Assembly (NCBI GenBank): GCA_004299275.1
Contig: SCSU01000061.1
Location: 1 to 58,579, forward strand
Source: Patescibacteria group bacterium
GTDB lineage: Bacteria; Patescibacteriota; Patescibacteriia; 2-12-FULL-57-11
Reading direction: 5' to 3'
DNA: 58,579 nt
The translations under genes were made by a program, and so were the position numbers. Shown piece after piece: positions 13,968-22,579 of the stretch. Every line of letters starts with the position of its first letter. The stretch's first letter is position 1. The notes beneath the pieces were generated by a model. The model made no database searches. It had not been told where the DNA came from and saw only the letters and a list, made by a program, of their open reading frames with translations.

Positions 13968-15119
13968 ATGCCATTTGGAATAAATCCTAAGGCAAAATTG
14001 GTCAAAAATTTATTCGCCGCGGACATTGAACTCAAACCGACCCGCGATGGCTATGGTTTGGGTTTGGTGGATGCCGGCAAAAAGGACGCCAAGGTGGTCG
14101 TGCTTTGCGCCGACCTTTCCGAATCCACCCGCTCGCATTGGTTTAAAAAAGAATTCCCCGCTCGCTTTGTGCAGATTGGCGTCTCCGAACAGTCCATGGC
14201 CGCGATTGCCTCGGGCTTAGCGCTGGCCGGCAAGGTGCCGTTTATCTCAAGCTACGCCGGTTTTTCCCCGGGCCGGAATTGGGAACAGATTCGGACGACG
14301 ATTACCTTGAACGACGCCAACGTCAAAGTCGCCGGCGCGCACGCCGGGGTCTCGGTCGGTCCGGATGGCGCCACGCACCAGATGACCGAAGACCTCGCGC
14401 TGATGCGTACTCTGCCGAACATGGTAGTTCTCGCGCCGTGCGATATGCAGGAAACCAAAAAGGCCACGGTCGCGGTGGCGGGTGTTTACGGTCCGCACTA
14501 TCTCCGTTTCGGCCGCGAGAAATCGCCGGTGTTCACCACGCCGGCCACACCTTTTAAAATAGGGCGAGCAGAAATTTTCCGTTTCGGCCGCGATGTGACG
14601 ATTGTCGCCTGCGGTATTTTGGTTCACGAGGCGCTCAAGGCGGCGGAGGAACTCCGCAAAAAAGGCATTGAGGCCGAGGTGATTGATTCTCACACGATTA
14701 AGCCGCTGGACGCCAAAACAATTCTCGCTTCAATTGCGAAAACCGGCTGCGTGGTGACAGTGGAAGAGCATCAGGTTGACGGCGGGTTGGGAGCGGCAGT
14801 CGCTGAAGCGCTTGGGGCGGCTCGGCCGGTGCCTTTAGAGCGGATTGGTGTGCAGAATCGTTACGGCGAGTCAGGTGAGCCGATAATGCTCCTCGAGGCC
14901 TTCGGTTTAACTTCGCCTTATATCGCAATGGCCGCGCGACGGGCGACTGCGCGAAAAGCAGGGAAAAAAGTGTCGGAAGTCCCGGATTATATGGCGGCGG
15001 CAGAGCGACGTGCCGTTGAACTAAAAAAACAAGTGATTAGCGAAGCGCTCTCCCGCGCGCCGCGGGAGTGGGGAGGAAAAAAGGGAAACATTAAAGACCT
15101 AATTAAAAAAAGTAAGTAG
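13968..15119 (+). CDS. Transketolase, C-terminal subunit
   Basis: TRDGYG, ADLSEST, GVSEQ, GPDGATHQ, YLRFGR, TIKPLD, VEEH. Confidence 0.93.
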   Translation: MPFGINPKAKLVKNLFAADIELKPTRDGYGLGLVDAGKKDAKVVVLCADLSESTRSHWFKKEFPARFVQIGVSEQSMAAIASGLALAGKVPFISSYAGFSPGRNWEQIRTTITLNDANVKVAGAHAGVSVGPDGATHQMTEDLALMRTLPNMVVLAPCDMQETKKATVAVAGVYGPHYLRFGREKSPVFTTPATPFKIGRAEIFRFGRDVTIVACGILVHEALKAAEELRKKGIEAEVIDSHTIKPLDAKTILASIAKTGCVVTVEEHQVDGGLGAAVAEALGAARPVPLERIGVQNRYGESGEPIMLLEAFGLTSPYIAMAARRATARKAGKKVSEVPDYMAAAERRAVELKKQVISEALSRAPREWGGKKGNIKDLIKKSK

Positions 15120-15151
15120 AACATAGAAGGTAGGCCAAAAATAAGTGTGCT

Positions 15152-16138
15152 ATGTCCAAACCCGTCTTTGACATGATTTCGGTCGGCGATGCCACGCTGG
15201 ACATCTTTATTTTTGTCTCCGAGGCCTCGGTGATGTGCTCGGTGGACCGCACGGCCTGTCTTTTGTGTTTTAACTACGCGGACAAAATTCCCATTGAGCG
15301 GCTGGACCGCTCTGTCGCCGGCAACGCCGCCAACAATGCCGTTGGCAGCGCCCGCTTGGGGCTCAATACTTCTTTCTACTCCATCATCGGCGACGACGAG
15401 ACCGGCCACTCGGTCACCGAGACGATGAAAAAGGAAAAAGTTTCACTGGAGCATCTGCGTTTGGACAAAAAGCATCCTTCCAATTATTCCGTGGTGCTCA
15501 ATTACCGCGGCGAGCGGACGATTCTGACCCACTCGGAGCCGCGCACCTACGAGGCGCCGCACTTGGTGCATTCGGAGTGGGTTTACTACACGGCCATCGG
15601 CAAGAATCACGAGCGGCTGGAGCGCGATATTGTGAAGCACGTCAAACGCACTGACACCAAGCTCGCCTATAACCCGGGCTCGAGCCAGCTCCGGGAAGGG
15701 TTGAAACGCCTCCTGCCGACTTTTGCCGCCACCAATGTTTTATTTTTGAATAAAGAAGAAGCCCAGCTCTTAGTGGGCAAACAGGGGACGATGTCGGCGC
15801 TTTTGCGCGCGCTCCAGGAGCAGGGGCCAGAGATGGTGGTCGTGACCGACGGGCCGCGCGGTTCAAGCGTCTTTGACGGCCGGAAGATGTATTCCATGGG
15901 GGTGTTTCCGGTCAAGGTGGTGGAGATGACCGGCGCCGGCGACGCTTTTGCCACGGCTTTTATCGCCGCGCTCCACTACGGCCGGCCGGTAACCGAGGCG
16001 CTCCGCTGGGGCGCGGCCAACGCCGCTTCGGTCGTGACTAAAATCGGGCCGCAAGCCGGGCTCCTGCGTTTGCCGGAGCTCAAGCGCTGGCTTAAGAGAT
16101 ATGCTTCGGTGAAACCAAGGGAGTTGAAGACCGGCTAA
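15152..16138 (+). CDS. PfkB/ribokinase-family carbohydrate kinase
   Basis: AGNAANNAVGSARLG, NKEEA, VTDGPRG, TGAGDAF. Confidence 0.92.
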   Translation: MSKPVFDMISVGDATLDIFIFVSEASVMCSVDRTACLLCFNYADKIPIERLDRSVAGNAANNAVGSARLGLNTSFYSIIGDDETGHSVTETMKKEKVSLEHLRLDKKHPSNYSVVLNYRGERTILTHSEPRTYEAPHLVHSEWVYYTAIGKNHERLERDIVKHVKRTDTKLAYNPGSSQLREGLKRLLPTFAATNVLFLNKEEAQLLVGKQGTMSALLRALQEQGPEMVVVTDGPRGSSVFDGRKMYSMGVFPVKVVEMTGAGDAFATAFIAALHYGRPVTEALRWGAANAASVVTKIGPQAGLLRLPELKRWLKRYASVKPRELKTG

Positions 16139-16564
16139 GCGCTTATCGCCTAGCGCTTATCGTTTATGTTTAGATTTGAGGGCCTGGAGATCTGGCAACT
16201 AGCAATCAAGTATGCTGAAAAGTTATACTCCGTCTCGCGGGCATTTCCAGATGAGGAACGTTACGCACTTGCTGATCAGCTCCGTCGCGCGGCAATCTCT
16301 ATTTCCAACAATATAGCCGAAGGTTCGGGTGGAACAGATAGAGAATTTCGTAACTTCCTTTCGATGAGTGTCAAGTCAACATTGGAGTGCATTAACATCT
16401 TAATTATTGCAGAACGTCTACGTTATATTTCGAGAGCAACGAAGGATTCTCTCTACGAGGAAGGAGAACGACTTATTCGTAAGATACGAAGTTTTCGCAA
16501 CACTTTTCCATAGTAATCCCACGGTCGGCGATTAGCGATAAGCTATAAGCGATTAGCGATAAGC
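16134..16564. repeat. Inverted heptamer arrays (GCTTATC)n ... (GCGATAA)n bracketing the first four-helix-bundle gene
   Basis: 16134-16168 GCTAAGC GCTTATC GCCTAGC GCTTATC GTTTATG; 16528-16564 GCGATTA GCGATAA GCTATAA GCGATTA GCGATAA GC. Confidence 0.9.
16166..16513 (+). CDS. Four-helix bundle protein (23S rRNA IVP-like family)
   Basis: FEGLEIWQ, FPDEERYALADQLRRAAISISNNIAEG, F..FL....S..E. Confidence 0.93.
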   Translation: MFRFEGLEIWQLAIKYAEKLYSVSRAFPDEERYALADQLRRAAISISNNIAEGSGGTDREFRNFLSMSVKSTLECINILIIAERLRYISRATKDSLYEEGERLIRKIRSFRNTFP

Positions 16565-17488
16565 ATGCTGGTCACACTAAAATCCGTACTCTCCAAAGCC
16601 CACCGCGGCAATTACGCCGTCGGCGCGTTTAACATTAACAATTTGGAAATTTGTCAGGCGGTGATGGCGGCGGCGGAGAGAGTCCGCGCGCCGGTGATTC
16701 TCCAGACTTCCGAAGGCGCGATTGACTACGCCGGGATGGATTACCTCGCGGCCATCGCGCGGCTCGCGGCGGCGAAGACGCGCCTGCCGGTGGTTTTTCA
16801 CCTCGACCACGGCAAAAATCCGGCGCTGGTTGAACGGGCGATTAAAAGCGGGTATTACACCTCAGTGATGATTGACGGGTCGGCTCGTTCTTATAAAGAA
16901 AACGTCCGCATCACAAAAAAGATTGTCGCGATGGCTCATCGCCGCGGTATTTCGGTTGAGGCCGAGCTCGGCGCTATCGCCGGGATTGAGGATTTTGTTT
17001 CTGTTTCCGAGCGCGAAGCGCGGCTCACCAATCCCGTGGAAGCCGCAAAATTTGTTAGAGAAACCGGGTGCGATGCTTTAGCCGTGGCCATTGGCACGAG
17101 CCACGGCGCGTTCAAGTTTAAGGGCGAACCAAAACTTGATATTGTGCGGCTGAAAAAAATAAAGAAGCTCACCAAAAAACCGCTCGTGCTCCACGGCGCC
17201 TCCGGCGTGCCGGCGGACATCAAACGGCTCGCCCTAAAATACGGCGGCCGTCTCAAGGAAGCCCGCGGCGTCTCCGACGCGCTCAACCGCACCGCGGTCC
17301 GCGGTGGCATCAATAAAGTGAACATTGATACTGACCTGCGTCTGGCTTTTACCGCCGGCGTGCGTCGGGCGCTCGCGGAACACCCCGAGGTGATTGACCC
17401 GCGCAAAATTCTTGGCCCGGCAAAAAACTTCATCACGCAAGTCGTCGCGCGCAAAATGCGCCTCCTCGGCTCTGCGGGCAAGGCGTAA
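16565..17488 (+). CDS. fba: Class II fructose-1,6-bisphosphate aldolase
   Basis: YAVGAFN, HLDHG, SVMIDGS, VEAELG, AIGTSHG, LVLHGASG, KVNIDTD. Confidence 0.95.
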   Translation: MLVTLKSVLSKAHRGNYAVGAFNINNLEICQAVMAAAERVRAPVILQTSEGAIDYAGMDYLAAIARLAAAKTRLPVVFHLDHGKNPALVERAIKSGYYTSVMIDGSARSYKENVRITKKIVAMAHRRGISVEAELGAIAGIEDFVSVSEREARLTNPVEAAKFVRETGCDALAVAIGTSHGAFKFKGEPKLDIVRLKKIKKLTKKPLVLHGASGVPADIKRLALKYGGRLKEARGVSDALNRTAVRGGINKVNIDTDLRLAFTAGVRRALAEHPEVIDPRKILGPAKNFITQVVARKMRLLGSAGKA

Positions 17489-17523
17489 ATTTCAAATACT
17501 CGTCGAGCGAAACAGCGATATGG

Positions 17524-17583
17524 GGATGTTGAACATCCCGAGGGATGTTCAACATCCAGAAATCCGGTGGATGTTTGACATCT
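17524..17583. repeat. REPIN-like palindromes GGATGTTGAACATCC / GGATGTTCAACATCC / GGATGTTTGACATCT
   Basis: Three 15-bp palindromic units. Confidence 0.8.
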
Positions 17584-17647
17584 GGATATACATTTGTGAC
17601 TGAAGCTAGCGTATTTAATCCCGTTCCGCACTACGTGGTATCTTTGC

Positions 17648-17681
17648 AAAACCCGCTCCGCAAGGAGCGGGCTTTGTTTTT
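17648..17681 (+). terminator. Intrinsic terminator after fba
   Basis: CCCGCTCC GCAA GGAGCGGG followed by a T-rich tail. Confidence 0.75.
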
Positions 17682-17711
17682 CAATTTTTCATTGTGATAG
17701 AATGTTGGCGT

Positions 17712-18704
17712 ATGGCTGGTTTTGACCTCATCACTATCGGCGCGGCGACGATTGACGCTTTTGTCTGGTCCAAGGCCTTCCGTCTGGTTAAAAGCCGCGC
17801 TTTTTCCACTGGCGTGGGCGAGTGCTTGTCGCTCGGTTCAAAAATCGAGATTGATAAGTTCGTGCTAGGGACCGGCGGCGGCGGAACCAACTCGGCCGCG
17901 ACTTTTGCCAATCTCGGTTTTAAAACCGCCTGTTTGACCGCTGTCGGCGATGACCTTTTTGGCCAAGGCGTGCTCGGAGATTTAAAAACGCGCCGGGTGG
18001 CTTCGGTTCTGGTTCAGAGAATCCCCGGCGGACAAACCGCCTTTTCCACAATTTTAGTCGTGCCTTCGGGCGAGCGGACCATACTGGTCTCGCGCGGCGT
18101 GGCCGAGCATCTGTCGGAAAAAATGCTTCCGCGGCGGTTCAGCGCCAAGTGGATTTACATGACCTCGCTCGGCGGCAATTTGAAATTTGGGAGGAAAATT
18201 TTCAGCCAGGCAAAAAAATCCGGGACGAGCATTTTCTGGAACCCGGGCGCCAAAGACCTTGTGCTTGGAGCCGGTCGTCTGAAGCCTTTCTTAAAACAAG
18301 TGGAAGTTTTGGACATGAACCGCGAGGAGGCGATGAAGTTGACCGGTCGGCCTCTTGGAGATTTAGCAGGCATGCTCCGTGACTTAGATAAAATCGGCAG
18401 CCGCTTAGTGCTCCTGACCGACGGGGAGAAGGGCGCCTATCTCTCAGAAGGCGGGCAGTTGTGGCGGGCGCACACCCATCGCCATATCAAAGTGGTTAAT
18501 AAGACCGGCGCGGGTGATGCTTTTGGCAGTGGTTTTCTCGCCGGGCTCATCAAATATCGTGACCGGACGCGGGCGCTCCAGCTCGGGGTCTTGAACTCCG
18601 AGAGCGTCATCCAAAAAATCGGCGCCAAAACCGGACTCCTCACTAATTGGCCAAGCAAAAATAAACTGGCCGGCGTAAAAGTGACCGCCGTCGCTAAAAG
18701 CTAA
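17712..18704 (+). CDS. PfkB/ribokinase-family carbohydrate kinase (second paralogue)
   Basis: GGGGTNSAATFANLG, NREEA, LTDGEKG, TGAGDAFGSG. Confidence 0.92.
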   Translation: MAGFDLITIGAATIDAFVWSKAFRLVKSRAFSTGVGECLSLGSKIEIDKFVLGTGGGGTNSAATFANLGFKTACLTAVGDDLFGQGVLGDLKTRRVASVLVQRIPGGQTAFSTILVVPSGERTILVSRGVAEHLSEKMLPRRFSAKWIYMTSLGGNLKFGRKIFSQAKKSGTSIFWNPGAKDLVLGAGRLKPFLKQVEVLDMNREEAMKLTGRPLGDLAGMLRDLDKIGSRLVLLTDGEKGAYLSEGGQLWRAHTHRHIKVVNKTGAGDAFGSGFLAGLIKYRDRTRALQLGVLNSESVIQKIGAKTGLLTNWPSKNKLAGVKVTAVAKS

Positions 18705-18755
18705 TCGCTTAGCGCGTATCGCCGGCGATATGCGATTGGCGATAAGCGATATGCA
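18691..18755. repeat. Empty inverted heptamer pair (TCGCTWA / GCGATAW) with no enclosed gene
   Basis: TCGCTAA AAGCTAA TCGCTTA GCGCGTA TCGCC|GGCGATA TGCGATT GGCGATA AGCGATA. Confidence 0.8.
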
Positions 18756-18765
18756 AGCAAAAGGT

Positions 18766-19752
18766 ATGCCCAAGATTTTTATCACCCGACAAATTCCCGA
18801 TGCTGGGATAAAGCTCCTCAAAAAAGCGGGCTACAACGTTTCGATTTACCCCAAGGACGAGATTATCCCGCGGAAAGAATTGCGCCGCGCCGTCAAAGGC
18901 GTTGACGCCTTGCTTCCGTTACTTACCGACCGGATTGACGGCGAAGTAATGGACGCGGCCGGCAAAAAATTAAAGATCATCGCCAATTACGCCGTTGGTT
19001 TTGATAATGTTGATTTAGAAGCCGCCAAAAAACGCGGGATTATTGTTGCCAATACGCCGGCGCCGGAGGTGTCCGAGACCGTGGCGGAGCACACCTTTGC
19101 CCTGATGATTGCTCTCGCTCATCGAATCGCGGAGTCCGACGCTTATGCCCGCGCCGGCAAATATCAGGGCTGGGGGCCGTTGCTCCTCCTTGGTGTTGAT
19201 CTTTACGGGAAGACCTTGGGGATTGTGGGTTTGGGGCGGATCGGCGCGGCCGTGGCCAAGCGCGCGGTTAAGGGTTTTGGCATGCAGGTCGTCTACAGCG
19301 ACCCGCGCAAGAATCCGGATTTTGAAAAAGAATTTAACGCCCGCTATCTGCCGCTTGCCAAACTGTTGGCGGTTTCCGATTTTGTTTCCCTGCACGTGCC
19401 TTTGCTACCTTCCACGCGACACTTGATTTCCACCGCCGAATTCGCTTTGATGAAAAAGACGGCTTATCTTGTAAACACCGCCCGCGGCCCGATTGTGGAC
19501 GAAAAAGCCCTGCTCCGGGCGCTCCGGACCGGGCGCGTCGCCGGCGCCGGGCTGGACGTCTTTGAGTGCGAGCCGGCGATTGACTGCGACCTCACCGACA
19601 AACTGGCGCTTAAAAAATTCGCCAACGTCGTGCTCACCCCGCACACCGCCTCGGCCACGATCGAGGCGCGGCAGGCGATGAGCAAGCTCGCGGCGGAAAA
19701 CATCATCGCGGTACTTTCTGGAAAAAAACCGTTGACTCCAGCGAAGGTGTAG
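18766..19752 (+). CDS. D-2-hydroxyacid dehydrogenase (glyoxylate reductase / D-glycerate dehydrogenase-like)
   Basis: ANYAVGFDNVD, GIVGLGRIG, SLHVPL, NTARG, LDVFECEP, TPH. Confidence 0.92.
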   Translation: MPKIFITRQIPDAGIKLLKKAGYNVSIYPKDEIIPRKELRRAVKGVDALLPLLTDRIDGEVMDAAGKKLKIIANYAVGFDNVDLEAAKKRGIIVANTPAPEVSETVAEHTFALMIALAHRIAESDAYARAGKYQGWGPLLLLGVDLYGKTLGIVGLGRIGAAVAKRAVKGFGMQVVYSDPRKNPDFEKEFNARYLPLAKLLAVSDFVSLHVPLLPSTRHLISTAEFALMKKTAYLVNTARGPIVDEKALLRALRTGRVAGAGLDVFECEPAIDCDLTDKLALKKFANVVLTPHTASATIEARQAMSKLAAENIIAVLSGKKPLTPAKV

Positions 19753-19755
19753 GGG

Positions 19756-20198
19756 GTAGTACATAGAACGTAGAACATAGAAATGTATGCGGGTGAGTTC
19801 ATATAAGGATTTGATTGTTTGGCAGAAGGCAATGCAGCTTGTGAAAAAAGTGTATTCTCTAACACAGCTGCTACCCCGGGAGGAGCTGTATGGCCTCGCG
19901 AGTCAAATGAAGCGCGCCGCGGTTTCTGTCCCGTGCAATATCGCAGAGGGATTCAGGCGAAACCACCGGCAAGAGCAAATCCAGTTCTTTGCGGTCTCGT
20001 ATGGCTCGGGTGCTGAACTGGAAACTCAGATTGAGATTTGCAAGCAGCTCGGTTTTGCAAAAGCGGAACAGACCAAGGTCGCAGAGGATATTCTCAATGA
20101 GGTGATGAGGATGCTTAACACATTTTCCATTCCCATGAGCCGACGCCTCCAAGATTCAACTACCAACTACGTTCTACGTTCTACGTTCTGATACTATG
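19756..20198. repeat. Inverted heptamer arrays (RTAGAAC)n ... (GTTCTAC)n bracketing the second four-helix-bundle gene
   Basis: 19756-19783 GTAGTAC ATAGAAC GTAGAAC ATAGAAA; 20157-20198 CAACTAC CAACTAC GTTCTAC GTTCTAC GTTCTGA TACTATG. Confidence 0.9.
19787..20191 (+). CDS. Four-helix bundle protein (23S rRNA IVP-like family)
   Basis: SYKDLIVWQKAM, LPREELYGLASQMKRAAVSVPCNIAEG, GSGAELETQ. Confidence 0.95.
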   Translation: MRVSSYKDLIVWQKAMQLVKKVYSLTQLLPREELYGLASQMKRAAVSVPCNIAEGFRRNHRQEQIQFFAVSYGSGAELETQIEICKQLGFAKAEQTKVAEDILNEVMRMLNTFSIPMSRRLQDSTTNYVLRSTF

Positions 20199-20675
20199 CA
20201 CATTTTTTCCAAACACTGTTATTGCCGGCGGCAGATTATCCCCTTCCGTTCGACTGAGCATTTTGACGAGCACGCGGTGGCCAGAGTTTTTTGTCCCGAT
20301 TGCGCCGAGCGCGCGCCGGGGGAGGCCTTTGAGGTGGCGGTCGCCGGCATTCCGGGTTGGAGCGGCGTTTACGCCATTGACTGGAACCAGTCTTTTTTGG
20401 AAGAGAAAGACCCGGATTTTCGGGATAGCGAAAATTATTACAAAAAACTTTTTTCTTCCGGCGACGTCACTTTTGGTTTTTTGCCTAAAAATAAGCCGGA
20501 ATTTTTTTACACTTTGTTCGGGATTAGCGAGCGTCTGCCTTCAAAAACTTTGCCGCCAGGACGCGCCGGACGCACTCTTGCGGAAGAAGAGGCGACCGCG
20601 CACGCCCATCGCCACCCGCTCCGCGGCTCGCGGGAAAAAAAACGCCGCCCGCGCGGCTGGGGGAGGAAGGGCTAG
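20196..20675 (+). CDS. Hypothetical protein with putative Zn-binding CxC/CxxC motifs and basic tail
   Basis: 159-aa ORF with HCYC...FCPDC. Confidence 0.65.
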   Translation: MHIFSKHCYCRRQIIPFRSTEHFDEHAVARVFCPDCAERAPGEAFEVAVAGIPGWSGVYAIDWNQSFLEEKDPDFRDSENYYKKLFSSGDVTFGFLPKNKPEFFYTLFGISERLPSKTLPPGRAGRTLAEEEATAHAHRHPLRGSREKKRRPRGWGRKG

Positions 20676-20690
20676 TTAATTCTCCCTTTG

Positions 20691-20928
20691 CTAAAGGGAG
20701 TCCCCGCAGGGGGAGGGATTTAGGTTGGAGGGTATGGAGGAATAATAAAAACCGGCGTCTCCATTGGGAGCGCCGTTTTTCTTGCGGCCGCGGTCCGAGC
20801 GGTTCCGTTTGAGCGCCGGTCGTCCGCGAGTCCCGGCGCGGAGCAGAACCTTCTTCTCCCCTGGTTCTTTTTCCTCGGAGCCCGGGGTTTCCTTGCTCGG
20901 CTGAAGGAACTTGTAACGTTTGGTCATG
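20691..20928 (-). CDS. Small basic orphan ORF (MTKRYKF...), uncertain 3' end
   Basis: Strong SD (AGGAGGAG) before ATG; the frame runs through a terminator-like hairpin into a REP. Confidence 0.4.
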
Positions 20929-21048
20929 AACGTTCTCCTCCCTCTCATTTTATACAAATATTGACCCGCTGCCAATTTATGGTCGGATGTTGAAAAAATG
21001 AGTAAAATTATCCACAGGCGTTAATTCTTAATATTTATCGGGAAAATT

Positions 21049-21462
21049 ATGAATCCCAAACAGTTTTTTCAAATCGGGGGCATCGTCCTCGTGCTCGTCG
21101 GACTCCTTGGTTTTATCGGGGTCCTTGGGCCGACCGAGGGGCAGAGCGTGTTTGGCCCGCTCTGGTGGTTTGATAACGCCGAGAACTGGGCGCACCTCGT
21201 CGTCGGCATCGTGGCGCTCATCGTTGGCTTTGCGCTCGCGGCCAACTTGCAGAAGCCGCTGGCGATAGTCGTTGGGGTAGTGGGCATCTTAGTCGGGTTG
21301 TGGAGCTTACTGGTGAGCACCAAACTGCTCGGCGCCAACTTGGAGAACCCGATGGATACGATTCTCCACCTCGTGGTCGGCGCTTGGGCGCTCTGGGCCG
21401 GGTTGCGCGGCGCGAAGGCCATGCCGCCAGCCGCGCCGCCCAAGCCAATGGGGACGATGTAA
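21049..21462 (+). CDS. Four-TM membrane protein (DUF4383-like)
   Basis: Hydrophobic helices with repeated N..HL..G and D..LHL..G motifs. Confidence 0.8.
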   Translation: MNPKQFFQIGGIVLVLVGLLGFIGVLGPTEGQSVFGPLWWFDNAENWAHLVVGIVALIVGFALAANLQKPLAIVVGVVGILVGLWSLLVSTKLLGANLENPMDTILHLVVGAWALWAGLRGAKAMPPAAPPKPMGTM

Positions 21463-21477
21463 CTTTATTATCGGAAT

Positions 21478-21513
21478 GAAAAACACCCCGACCTGCGTCG
21501 GGGTGTTTTTTTT
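21478..21513. terminator. Bidirectional intrinsic terminator
   Basis: AAAAACACCCCGAC..GTCGGGGTGTTTTTTT between convergent genes; related hairpin at 34173-34200. Confidence 0.8.
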
Positions 21514-21583
21514 GGACCCAGTGGGAATCGAACCCACATCTTCCGGATGCAAACCGGATGCTCTACCACTAAGCTATGGGCCC
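21513..21583 (-). tRNA. tRNA-Ala(TGC)
   Basis: GGGCCCATAGCTTAGTGGTAGAGCATCCGGTTTGCATCCGGAAGATGTGGGTTCGATTCCCACTGGGTCCA; G3:U70 pair. Confidence 0.95.
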
Positions 21584-21725
21584 GCCAAAATCAGACGGGA
21601 TTCCGAATTTCCATTATAAAGCGGGGAAAGGATAACAGAAAGCGACATTGCGGGCAATCCTTAAACACCCAAAAACACCCCCCGATGTACATCGGGGGGT
21701 GTTTGGCTTGAAAACCGCGGGAGCT

Positions 21726-21983
21726 CTAGCGTTCCTGCTTGGGGCGGGCTTCGTTGCAGGCGAGCGCCCGGCCGCCGAGATCGTAGCCGTTGAACATCTC
21801 AATGGCTTTTTGCGCTTCGGCGTCGGAGGCCATCTCCACAAAGGCGAACCCGCGGGGGTGGCCGGCCGCTTTGTCCATGGGGATAAACACCGAGGCGACC
21901 GTGCCGGCTTGGGAGAAAAGCTCGGTTAACTGCTGTTCAGTAACGTTCCAGGAGAGATTGCCGACGAAGACACGATTGGACAT
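21726..21983 (-). CDS. RRM (RNP-1) RNA-binding protein
   Basis: VFVGNL (RNP2) and RGFAFVEM (RNP1). Confidence 0.95.
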   Translation of the reverse strand: MSNRVFVGNLSWNVTEQQLTELFSQAGTVASVFIPMDKAAGHPRGFAFVEMASDAEAQKAIEMFNGYDLGGRALACNEARPKQER

Positions 21984-22105
21984 AACTGCGATAAGATTAG
22001 ATTATTAATAAGTAAGACGATAAATAAAGAGGGCGCGACACTACATACGGCAAAAGTTTTAAAAATTAGACGCTAGTGAGTATATCACAGCTCTGGCACT
22101 AAAAC

Positions 22106-22579
22106 ATGTTGCGAGTCAAGCCTTTCATCTTTGTTGGCGTTATTCTCCTCCTCGCGGTTTTTGGTTGGGGCGAGTGGCGGGCGAGGACGGCCGTAAAGGC
22201 CGCCGCCAGCGGCTACCGCGGCGCGAGCGAAGTCAACAGCGTTTTGGTTCTCTCGGTTTCGCGCGACCTCGCGGCCGGCAAGAAACCGGCGGACATTTTA
22301 AATTCTTTTCGAGCGGCGAGCGAAAGGCAGGAGAAATCTTTGGCCGGATTTTATAAAGCCGTCCCTTTTTGGTGGCGGCTCCAGCCGGGCCGGAGCGAGA
22401 TGCGGTTGATTAAATTAGCCGAAGCGGAATCGCGGGCGCTCACGGCGCTCACGGACTCACTCGCGCTCCTTGAGCAATCCGCGGAAAACGAATGGTCCGA
22501 ACCGCTTAAAAAGTTGAATCAGGCAACCGCCGAGTTCGGTTCCGCGCATCGCGCGATCATGCAAACATTCATCCCTTAA
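22106..22579 (+). CDS. Hypothetical membrane-anchored protein
   Basis: N-terminal hydrophobic helix and helical body. Confidence 0.6.
   Translation: MLRVKPFIFVGVILLLAVFGWGEWRARTAVKAAASGYRGASEVNSVLVLSVSRDLAAGKKPADILNSFRAASERQEKSLAGFYKAVPFWWRLQPGRSEMRLIKLAEAESRALTALTDSLALLEQSAENEWSEPLKKLNQATAEFGSAHRAIMQTFIP

Noticed and set aside
16134..20198. Diversity-generating retroelement suggested by Avd-like four-helix proteins
   Set aside because: No reverse transcriptase and no template/variable repeat pair with adenine-specific mismatches is visible in the window.
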